From a virus, in IMG/VR virus record IMGVR_UViG_3300037422_000319, positions 1 through 40,326 of that record: 40,326 nucleotides of DNA; one strand, given 5' to 3'. Below the pieces are notes generated by a model. That model did not search any database. It worked only from the letters and a program-made list of their open reading frames with translations, and had not been told where the DNA came from. The position numbers and the translations under genes are program-made. Below, piece after piece: positions 32,080-39,369 of this stretch; the stretch's first letter is position 1, and each line of letters starts with the position of its first letter.

Positions 32080-32552
32080 TTAATAACCTTTAAGAACAGT
32101 ATGCCACGATTGCGGTACATAGGCTCACAATCTCCGGCATAGTCATCATCGATTGCTACAAATTTTTCATTTGGATGAGCTTCCATAAGTTCTTTAATTT
32201 TTTCAGATTTATACAAATGAGGTCCTCTCCAATCATTGTCCTCACGCATAATAACTGGGGCTTTAGGGAAGCAGTACTCTTCCAGCCAAGCTTCTGTTTC
32301 TTTTCTTTGACTCTCAGATCGTCCAGTTAAGTAATAAATAACATGGGGCTCTACGTCTTCAATGCCAATAAGTAGGTGACGAATTTCATCAATAGGCTCA
32401 TCCATATGTAATACATCTGGGTTATGAGCTTTATCTAACCACTGCTGAAAAGCCTTACGATCTTTTCTATCAGGAATGGCCCCAAACTTAGCGAATCGCT
32501 TCGTAACATCGGCACAAGTATTGTCTATGTCTACTATATAAATCACTTCCAA
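32076..32552 (-). CDS. HAD-superfamily phosphatase (nucleotidase / polynucleotide 3-prime-phosphatase-like)
   Basis: Motif I IVDIDNT (DxDxT), motif II YYLTGRS, motif III/IV K...VAIDDDY. Confidence 0.75.
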   Translation of the reverse strand: MEVIYIVDIDNTCADVTKRFAKFGAIPDRKDRKAFQQWLDKAHNPDVLHMDEPIDEIRHLLIGIEDVEPHVIYYLTGRSESQRKETEAWLEEYCFPKAPVIMREDNDWRGPHLYKSEKIKELMEAHPNEKFVAIDDDYAGDCEPMYRNRGILFLKVIK

Positions 32553-32725
32553 ACTACTCCAGAACTTTTCTCTATGATATACTTAACCCCAAAACGATTC
32601 TCAATCTCTTTCATAAATTTTAAAACTTTACTATTGGGTATTTGAGTATGAACAAATACTGATAAAGCTTCCCACATAAATTTGTAATTAGCGTCAACTA
32701 CTTCCTTAAAGATTGGCTGTGACAT
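32543..32725 (-). CDS. Hypothetical protein (60 aa)
   Basis: Track ORF; overlaps both neighbours by 10-20 nt. Confidence 0.5.
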   Translation of the reverse strand: MSQPIFKEVVDANYKFMWEALSVFVHTQIPNSKVLKFMKEIENRFGVKYIIEKSSGVVWK

Positions 32726-33173
32726 AGTAAAGTCCCATCCCTATTGCGGCTAATTCATCCTCTGAATCAACCATCTTAATCCACGGCTTAAGCTTACCAC
32801 GTTTGCCCTTCCAGTCAACCTCTTTCTGCCAAGAGGTTACCGAGATAGTAGGGCTAACGCGTTTAACTCCCGCCGAATATAGAGCAGAACTTATTGAGCC
32901 AACAGCCCAGTGACAGTGAATGCTCGTCGCGGTCATCAACCGCTCAATAAAAGCCTCCTCAACTAAATATCCAAGATTAGACAATAACTGATAATATCGT
33001 ATAGATATAATTCTGATTCGGCCCAAAGCGGATACTAATCGATCATCCCCTTTAAGTTTGTCTTCTTCTTTAGTTAGCTGAACTGCTATAGTACCAGACT
33101 CAACATATTCAGTATCATTAAATATTGCCCAGCCAGTAGAGCGGCCCGCAGGGTCTATAAAGATCCTAACCAT
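32706..33173 (-). CDS. RuvC-like Holliday junction resolvase
   Basis: IFIDPAGRSTGWAIF (first catalytic Asp), EEAFIERL (Glu), DSEDELAAIGMGLYY (terminal acidic pair), in RuvC-fold order. Confidence 0.7.
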   Translation of the reverse strand: MVRIFIDPAGRSTGWAIFNDTEYVESGTIAVQLTKEEDKLKGDDRLVSALGRIRIISIRYYQLLSNLGYLVEEAFIERLMTATSIHCHWAVGSISSALYSAGVKRVSPTISVTSWQKEVDWKGKRGKLKPWIKMVDSEDELAAIGMGLYYVTANL

Positions 33174-33975
33174 AAATGTCCCTAACTATTTTATCAATCT
33201 CAGACTGAGGCTTTGGAGTAGGGTAAAGTTTATTTGACTCGGATAACCAGAAAGAGGCTACTCCTGCATCGTAGCCCCTGCGATGCAGGGCGTAGGCTAG
33301 CTTTACCAGTGTTGGGTGGCGGTCGCCTTCCGAGCGAGGCGTTGTTAGCTGCCGTATATATAGGTCATCAAAAATGCTTCTGGTATTTTCCATGTTAGGT
33401 CCAGCCATAAATGCATCCTGTGCAGCAGTTAATCGCTGCTCGGATTCGGCGATTTCTTCGGGCTCCAGACTTGGGATCGCGATTCCTGTTGATGCGCTAG
33501 ACAGCAACTCTTTCCGCTTTCCCGTTTCCTCGTGCCTATCTCCTGGTCGTCTAAATAAGTGCAAGTGTGCGTAGATGGAATCGTCCGCATCCGGGAAGTG
33601 TTTTCGTTTCCATACTTTGTCGAGCCATGGCAATGTATGCGAGGGCTCTGTGTTACGGAGCAACCCAACATGAAGGCCGCGACGACCAGAAGTATAACAA
33701 AGATAATCATAGCCACATTTCCTAATTTCTTCTAACGCTTTCCGCCCCGAGAGCTGGTCGTCGAAGTCCAGCCAGAGTCTTTCTGACCAGACACAACCCT
33801 TAAACCCCTTCGTACCTTCGACCGAGAGGAGGTCCGCTTGACTTTTCGTGACGTAATATAAAGAACTAAACCCGTGCCCAGGAAGCTCGCTAATCCGATA
33901 AAACCTAGGTTTAGCAGAGCTGAAGACAAAGGGCTTCCATAAAGCATAAACATATTCATTCTCCTTATTATTCAT
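33166..33975 (-). CDS. Archaeo-eukaryotic primase (AEP) type primase-polymerase with a PriCT-like C-terminal domain
   Basis: LWLDFDD (DxD), TSGRRGLHV (sGxGxH), HLHLFRRPG, and C-terminal GDRHPTLVKLAYALHRRGY...EIDKIVRDIY. Confidence 0.75.
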   Translation of the reverse strand: MNNKENEYVYALWKPFVFSSAKPRFYRISELPGHGFSSLYYVTKSQADLLSVEGTKGFKGCVWSERLWLDFDDQLSGRKALEEIRKCGYDYLCYTSGRRGLHVGLLRNTEPSHTLPWLDKVWKRKHFPDADDSIYAHLHLFRRPGDRHEETGKRKELLSSASTGIAIPSLEPEEIAESEQRLTAAQDAFMAGPNMENTRSIFDDLYIRQLTTPRSEGDRHPTLVKLAYALHRRGYDAGVASFWLSESNKLYPTPKPQSEIDKIVRDIYG

Positions 33976-33992
33976 AGTAATTATCGAACATC

Positions 33993-34622
33993 TTATTTGC
34001 CCTTGCCGGAGGCACTAAGTGCTCTTTTTAGTTCAGTGTAAGGAACCACATAAGTTACAGGTATAGGGTATCCCGTTCTGACAACTAATCCTATCACGCG
34101 TCCCGTTTCCTCGTCAACTACTGGACTACCGGAGTCGCCTGGAATAGCAACTGAGTGCAATGTGAAAAATCCACCCAGAGCTTCTTGTCCAAAGGAGCAA
34201 GGCATCTTATGCTGAACGGCAGAGCCGCCTCCATACCCCGCATGCCAGCAATTGGAATCAAATTCGGGGGCTTCTGTTGCGAGATCGAATGGGATGAGGT
34301 TGCGGGTATCGCCCTCTAGAATGGCCCAGTCGCGGTGATCTAATTCTTCCCCTTGATTAATTATCTTAAAATTAGTTGAGTACCCATCGGTAAATACCCC
34401 AAGAGAGAGCGCATTCCGTTCCTGCATACCCATAACACAATGCTTGGCAGTAGCAATTAAATTCTTTTTAATAACCCACGCGGTACAACTGTAGTTAAGA
34501 GAAAGGATATTCGGGACATTAGAAATCTCTTCAAAGCGGGTATAGTTAACTAGATGAACAGCTCCCGCTACAGCCAGAGTAGAGCTTATAAGAATGGATA
34601 AGACCAGATGCTTACTAATCAT
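33993..34622 (-). CDS. Secreted or anchored trypsin-like (S1/chymotrypsin fold) serine protease
   Basis: Signal-like MISKHLVLSILISSTLAVAGA. Catalytic TAKHC (His), HRDWAIL (Asp), GDSGSPV (Ser). ATG 34622 overlaps the polymerase stop (ATGATTAG); the track ORF extension to 34772 is rejected. Confidence 0.8.
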   Translation of the reverse strand: MISKHLVLSILISSTLAVAGAVHLVNYTRFEEISNVPNILSLNYSCTAWVIKKNLIATAKHCVMGMQERNALSLGVFTDGYSTNFKIINQGEELDHRDWAILEGDTRNLIPFDLATEAPEFDSNCWHAGYGGGSAVQHKMPCSFGQEALGGFFTLHSVAIPGDSGSPVVDEETGRVIGLVVRTGYPIPVTYVVPYTELKRALSASGKGK

Positions 34623-36561
34623 TTTTGATATTCGCGAGCGTCGTAACTTTTTTAATATCGCATTTAACTTCGACTTCAAGCTCGAGAGTTTTGTTAACAG
34701 TTTTGAGGGCTTCTTCGTAGATTTCTTTCGCATCGTCATACCTTCCTGGCGGATAAAAAAATGTAGTAGCATCGTGTGTATCCGGTAACCACGGCCTCAG
34801 TATAACATCGCGCTCCTTAGAAAGTCTACAAATTTCCATGACCCACATTACCAGTACGTCATGCCCGCCGCTCTGAATGAATCTATTCAATAAGTCTTTT
34901 TTAAATCTATCCGGTATAAATATAACTCTGCCTGCTGCATTAACTACATAACCTTGTTTATCATAAAGCTTCTTAAGTTTCTGCCCAAATTCTTCTACCT
35001 TTTTAAACTTACGCCAGTATGCTCGCACATGCCTTAAAGCTTCTTGAGGGGTAGTGGGATAACCATTAAACGTAAGTTGTCTAGCGATAGTATATTGAGT
35101 GCCTGTATATTGCAGGGCTAGGTGAATGATCTTACATATGTCTCGTAAAGACTTAAACTTTTTCTTGGCTTCATCAATGTCTTTAGATTGAGGATTGTAT
35201 TCATGTTGTAATTCAATATGATCTGGGAATATTTCTAGAGCCAGGTCCAGATAAATATCTCCTAGCCCATCTCTAAATACTTTAAGTAGAGTTTCATCAT
35301 CGCTGTAGTGGGCAGTTAGGCAAGGCTCTACTGCTTTTAAGTCTGCATGTATGCCTCCTTCATACTCATCAGGAACTGTGAAAGCTTGCATTATTAGCTC
35401 TTCTTTAAAAGGAGGGTTAAGTGTATTAGGACTAAAGCAAGCCAGCCTGCCAGATACAGTGCCGCAAATATTAAGAGGGGGATGTATGCTACCTTGCTCA
35501 TCAATACTTTCGAGGTACATTTTACAATATTTTGCGTTATCTAATTCTTTAATAATTCGAGCGAATAGCTGAGCGCCAGGATGCTGGTAGCGCCGTATTA
35601 CATCAGCCGCCGTTGAGGGTGCGCCCTTTTCAGTCACCTCTGTTATAGGAAGCCCCCATTTATCATATAGGAGCACCGCTCTCTGCTGGGTACTGCCGGG
35701 ATTAAAATCTCTATGATACCTATATATATTCAAATTCCGATTTACTCTACCCTTTTCAGTCTTTAGCATGGCGGAACCTTTTTTACTTTTACTGTAGGAC
35801 AATTCTGACTCAAGAGCCTCTATATCTGGAGCGTACTGTGTTCTAAGTTCGGTCTTAGTAGTAGCGGAGGCTTGTTCATAGTGCGATTTGGCTTGTAGGA
35901 GGGCCTTGGAGGAAAGAGGGATGCCCTGCTCCTCATAGCGTCTAAGCATGTCGTCATAGGCCATTCTATTTTGAATATAGGGTAAATAAGAGTACTTCTC
36001 GAAAAATGGCAGTAGTTTTTTATAGCCCAGGTAGGTGGAGTGTGCATCATAGCACGCGTATTCCGCTATTAAAGGCAGGTCGGCCATCCATATGTCTTTT
36101 CCTGGCTCGCCGCCTCGTGCCTTAATCTGCGCGTCGAGAATGGTCTTCTTGGACTCGGGCCAGCCCAGAAGGTCGGTTTGTAGTTTACCTAATGAAAACC
36201 CATGCATTAAGTCTTCGCGGTCGCTAAGCTGCCAGCCCAAACGAGTATCAAACTCCCAATTGGAGTTAATGCCAAACGTGTAATCGATCCAGTTTTTATC
36301 AAAGGCTCTATTGTGGCCTACCAACTTCCACTTAGAGAGGGGGGAAGCCATCGCTGACTTCCCTATAGAGGAATCTACTAGAGGAACATAAATCGCGTCA
36401 AAGCCTACTAGCTCATTGGAAGAAAAGGAAAATCCTATGAGGTTAGTGGAGGGGGTTCTAGGATACTTGCCCTTGGTTTCTATGTCGCACGCTATCGGTG
36501 TTCGTACATGGGCAGTTATCTCAGTTAGTTCCGCTAAATCTGAGACAACTTTCCATTTCAT
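34615..36561 (-). CDS. Family A DNA polymerase with 3-prime to 5-prime exonuclease domain
   Basis: Exo I ACDIET, Exo II GHNRAFDKNW, Exo III YACYDAHSTY. Pol motif A HADLKAVEP, motif B RDICKIIHLALQYTG, motif C SGGHDVL. Confidence 0.9.
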   Translation of the reverse strand: MKWKVVSDLAELTEITAHVRTPIACDIETKGKYPRTPSTNLIGFSFSSNELVGFDAIYVPLVDSSIGKSAMASPLSKWKLVGHNRAFDKNWIDYTFGINSNWEFDTRLGWQLSDREDLMHGFSLGKLQTDLLGWPESKKTILDAQIKARGGEPGKDIWMADLPLIAEYACYDAHSTYLGYKKLLPFFEKYSYLPYIQNRMAYDDMLRRYEEQGIPLSSKALLQAKSHYEQASATTKTELRTQYAPDIEALESELSYSKSKKGSAMLKTEKGRVNRNLNIYRYHRDFNPGSTQQRAVLLYDKWGLPITEVTEKGAPSTAADVIRRYQHPGAQLFARIIKELDNAKYCKMYLESIDEQGSIHPPLNICGTVSGRLACFSPNTLNPPFKEELIMQAFTVPDEYEGGIHADLKAVEPCLTAHYSDDETLLKVFRDGLGDIYLDLALEIFPDHIELQHEYNPQSKDIDEAKKKFKSLRDICKIIHLALQYTGTQYTIARQLTFNGYPTTPQEALRHVRAYWRKFKKVEEFGQKLKKLYDKQGYVVNAAGRVIFIPDRFKKDLLNRFIQSGGHDVLVMWVMEICRLSKERDVILRPWLPDTHDATTFFYPPGRYDDAKEIYEEALKTVNKTLELEVEVKCDIKKVTTLANIKND

Positions 36562-36672
36562 AAATCAAAGCCCCTAAAGGTTTTAGGAGAGCCAGCTTCC
36601 GTTTTACACCCGATGAGGCGTCATAGATGTACAGCTCGGATAAACACTGTACAATGACAAGCTCTTTACAAG

Positions 36673-37182
36673 CTAAGCCGCTTCTGGCCCGCCTTCATCG
36701 CCGCCGAGAGCTACGTATAGAACTCTCATGTTAGGGACTTCTTGTCCATCAACATTGCGATAAGTTGGGCTTTTTTTATCCTGAGCGACTTTAATTCTGA
36801 CGGGAGCACCCTTAAGTTTACCAAGGTCGCCATCAGTCGTGGCATCAGCAGGGACATTGAAATTTTCAACTTCCTCGCTAGTAAGGCCAGCTGCATCAAG
36901 ACGCTTCAAGAAAATAGAATGAGCTGCTTCATTTTTCTTTCCTTGAGCCGTTCTCAAAATGATATTCTCATACATATGACGCTTATTGAATTTCTCGTCA
37001 TCTATGATCATATAATTGAATTTAATACCAAATGACCCAGTCTTAAAGAAAGTACCAGCTGCAGAATTAATGACTGCAGAATACCAACCTTCAGCGATAG
37101 GCTCAAGAGGTTTTCTTGTTTTTGGTTCTGCCGTTTCGTTCTGAACGGCCTGTTTTCCTGACTTTGCTGCACTAGGTGCCAT
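36673..37182 (-). CDS. DUF669-like putative ssDNA-binding protein
   Basis: LEPIAEGWYSAVINSA...FGIKFNYMII...HMYENIIL...LKRLDAAGL...LKGAPVRIKV follows the DUF669 pattern. AAGGAGA SD; ATG 37182 lies 1 nt after the upstream stop, so the track N-terminal extension is rejected. Confidence 0.65.
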   Translation of the reverse strand: MAPSAAKSGKQAVQNETAEPKTRKPLEPIAEGWYSAVINSAAGTFFKTGSFGIKFNYMIIDDEKFNKRHMYENIILRTAQGKKNEAAHSIFLKRLDAAGLTSEEVENFNVPADATTDGDLGKLKGAPVRIKVAQDKKSPTYRNVDGQEVPNMRVLYVALGGDEGGPEAA

Positions 37183-37183
37183 G

Positions 37184-38065
37184 TTATTTTTCTCCTTTGT
37201 TATCATATTCTTGCATCCACTTATCAAAGGACAACTCGCCCTTATCGTAAGCATCGCAAGAGCCGCTCATAAGGCAATACCTTGCATCACAGCGGCTATA
37301 GGTTTTAGCTTTCAACTCTTCTTCATGAGGACGTACCCCAAGTTTTTTAGATTTGTTATCTAACTGAAGTTTCTCGTAATATCGCAATACATCTTGCTGA
37401 TTAAAAGGCAGCAACTTAACATCTCGGTCTGAATTCATGATAAAGAAATTATCCTCATCTTTACCAACTGCAAACCAGCGACGCTGAGGGGGGTATTTCT
37501 TTTTAGAATTGCCAATATACAAATCAACATGAAAGTAATTGCCTACACAAATTAGCCAGGTATCACGATTGAGCATGGTCATGTACGAGGCAGATTGAAC
37601 GCAATGCTTCATTTGAGGCCAGTTGCCTTCCCACGCTTTATAAACACTGAAAGGGGAAATCAATGACTTAGCTTCCATGCCCCCCAACTCTTTAGAATCA
37701 AAATCAGGGCGGCCTGACCACTCATCACCATTGGCCATAAGAATTTGATAATCCGGTTCGCGCTCAAACTCAACCCCTGCCTGAGTAAGCATTTTATCAA
37801 TTCTTAATTCATGACCAAACCCCGCCGCAAATGCTTCAATGTCATCCTTAGAGGGGGGAGTACCTAAACCCAATAGCCTAGCCTGAGCTTTACGAGCACA
37901 TGAGGTAGAGTAAGACCTGCCATCTTTAGTCAATGCCCCGCTACTTCCACCACGCAGTAACATAACGCTATCGCGATTCATTTGACGAGACTCTTGCTCA
38001 ACAGCTCTCTGAGCCTGCTTTTCAATCTCATCAATTCGATCCAATAACTTCATCAAAATTTGCAT
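37184..38065 (-). CDS. PD-(D/E)XK (Cas4/RecB-like) exonuclease with a C-terminal Cys cluster
   Basis: GRPDF...(12 aa)...MEAKS (D...ExK). C-terminal YSRCDARYCLMSGSCDAY plus N-terminal SCARK cysteines, as in Fe-S Cas4-type nucleases. First gene of the leftward replication operon. Confidence 0.7.
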   Translation of the reverse strand: MQILMKLLDRIDEIEKQAQRAVEQESRQMNRDSVMLLRGGSSGALTKDGRSYSTSCARKAQARLLGLGTPPSKDDIEAFAAGFGHELRIDKMLTQAGVEFEREPDYQILMANGDEWSGRPDFDSKELGGMEAKSLISPFSVYKAWEGNWPQMKHCVQSASYMTMLNRDTWLICVGNYFHVDLYIGNSKKKYPPQRRWFAVGKDEDNFFIMNSDRDVKLLPFNQQDVLRYYEKLQLDNKSKKLGVRPHEEELKAKTYSRCDARYCLMSGSCDAYDKGELSFDKWMQEYDNKGEK

Positions 38066-38071
38066 TTCTAG

Positions 38072-38100
38072 ATAGTAACAGGAAGAAAAATTAAAAGCAA
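38072..38100 (-). promoter_or_regulatory. Leftward promoter candidate TTGCTT-N17-TACTAT ending 6 nt before ATG 38065 (leaderless design)
   Basis: Reverse complement of 38063-38100 reads ttgctt-ttaatttttcttcctgt-tactat-ctagaa-ATG. No SD. Confidence 0.45.
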
Positions 38101-38104
38101 GCCC

Positions 38105-38149
38105 TTGACAAAAAATAAATCCTATGCTACTTTAGCATACGTTAGCTAA
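38105..38149 (+). promoter_or_regulatory. Rightward promoter P2 (TTGACA-N17-TACTTT with TGn extended -10) plus conserved box AGCATACGTTAGCTAA
   Basis: TTGACA at 38105-38110, TGC-TACTTT at 38125-38133, box at 38134-38149. Same design as 4424-4479. Confidence 0.6.
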
Positions 38150-38175
38150 GTATCTGAGGCTTTCTCTTATATAGC

Positions 38176-38205
38176 TTGCGGTCATGTGCCGCGCTGGGGT
38201 ATAAT
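38176..38205 (+). promoter_or_regulatory. Rightward promoter P3 (TTGCGG-N18-TATAAT) ending 6 nt before ATG 38212 (leaderless design)
   Basis: Consensus TATAAT at 38200-38205, then aacacc, then ATG. No SD. Confidence 0.5.
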
Positions 38206-38211
38206 AACACC

Positions 38212-38682
38212 ATGACAAAAAAGCCTCCTTCAACTATTAATCAGGCAACTTTAAAAAAGGTTCGAAAGTTTTATGTAGTAGAGGGTTTGACTCCAACGGC
38301 AATCACGGCTCAAATGCGCATGGAGTTGCAACGTGTTGTCGATATCATCGAGCAGCACAATCTTAGGGCTGAGCGGGAGCTTTATTTAGAGCAGAACCCC
38401 AATCTATCGGCGCTAGCCGCTTCCTCTTCCGAACTCCGTAGGATTCAAAATAAACAGCAATCCAGTCAAGAGATTACGGCTTCTGAGAGAAACTTCCTAA
38501 TGAAATATTTAGAGGCTGAAGGAGCGGGCTTGACTGACCAGGAGCAGTTCCAAAACTGGTCAAAGGAGAAATTAGATAAACGAATTGGCGAATTGCACTC
38601 TAAACTGTATCCTGCTCAAAGCTCGAAAACTGCTCCCAAATCATCTTCGAAAACTGAAACTGATCAATCGGGGAAATCTTAA
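38212..38682 (+). CDS. HTH-like putative regulator (157 aa); the only rightward gene between the two leftward operons
   Basis: N-terminal ATLKKVRKFYVVEGLTPTAITAQMRMELQRVVDIIEQ looks like a helix-turn-helix. C-terminus is low-complexity and Ser/Lys-rich. The track TTG start at 38176 is rejected (no SD; it lies inside the promoter). Confidence 0.55.
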   Translation: MTKKPPSTINQATLKKVRKFYVVEGLTPTAITAQMRMELQRVVDIIEQHNLRAERELYLEQNPNLSALAASSSELRRIQNKQQSSQEITASERNFLMKYLEAEGAGLTDQEQFQNWSKEKLDKRIGELHSKLYPAQSSKTAPKSSSKTETDQSGKS

Positions 38683-38794
38683 GTAGTCCCTGTCTAACCA
38701 ACTCAAAGGTTACGCCTAATTCAAAATATATTGGCTCCCCTGTCTTGAGAAAGGCCACGAGTCTAACAGTCTTACCTGTCATGTCTACTTTCAT
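38600..38794 (-). CDS. Hypothetical protein (64 aa); its 3-prime end overlaps the HTH gene convergently by 83 nt
   Basis: Track ORF. GAAGG lies 7 nt upstream of the ATG. Reality is uncertain because of the convergent overlap. Confidence 0.4.
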   Translation of the reverse strand: MKVDMTGKTVRLVAFLKTGEPIYFELGVTFELVRQGLLKISPIDQFQFSKMIWEQFSSFEQDTV

Positions 38795-38865
38795 TTTTTA
38801 CCTTCTAACATTCTCGTTAAAGTAGTTTCTGATTCATCAAATATCCTTAAGGGTTAGCATATCTT

Positions 38866-39369
38866 TCACTCCCCAATCTCATCTGCCAAGCCAAGTTTAA
38901 CTGTTTCTTCTGCAGTTAAATACCAATCTTTATTCAGTTTAGCTCTTAGTTGTTTAAACGTAAAGCTAGGGATCTTTTTTCTAATTTGCTCTAAGTATAT
39001 CATATCAAGGCGGCCCTCTTCTTTAGCTGCATACCTAAGTTGCGATATTTGCTTTACTATTCCGTTATCGTCAACGGCTCCAATACTTCCGTGTAACATT
39101 ATCTTAGCATTCGGCATCACAATTCGTCTGTCAAATGCCTGAAGAATCAAAGAAGCCATAGACTGAGCTTCGCCGTATACAACTCCAGTAGTCCGTCCCT
39201 TCTGAGTTTTTATCGCATCATAGATAGCCATTCCTGCAGCAACCTCGCCTCCTTGTGAGTTTATGACTACATAGATGGGCTTCGATTTAGGCAATTCATA
39301 AAGTCGCCTAATAAATACTCGAGCTAAGCGATCATCTATATCACGGTCAAGATATAATATGTTTCTCAT
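38866..39369 (-). CDS. ClpP-like (S14 family) serine protease
   Basis: IYVVINSQGGEVAAGMAIYDAI...VYGEAQSMASLILQA...PNAKIMLHGS...KDWYLTAEETVKLGLADEI aligns with ClpP INSPGG / G.AaSM / imiHqP / rD.y...EA..yGliD, including Ser-His-Asp. Confidence 0.85.
   Translation of the reverse strand: MRNILYLDRDIDDRLARVFIRRLYELPKSKPIYVVINSQGGEVAAGMAIYDAIKTQKGRTTGVVYGEAQSMASLILQAFDRRIVMPNAKIMLHGSIGAVDDNGIVKQISQLRYAAKEEGRLDMIYLEQIRKKIPSFTFKQLRAKLNKDWYLTAEETVKLGLADEIGE

Noticed and set aside
34623-34772. N-terminal 50-aa extension of the protease ORF (and similar extensions of 36673..37254, 31323..31796, 27468..27860, 27793..28074, 26690..27001, 24561..24920, 3376..3633, 1232..1558)
   Set aside because: In each case the extension overlaps the 3-prime end of the upstream gene, while an internal ATG sits at or just after the upstream stop with a GGAG-type SD or an ATGA/TAATG coupling.
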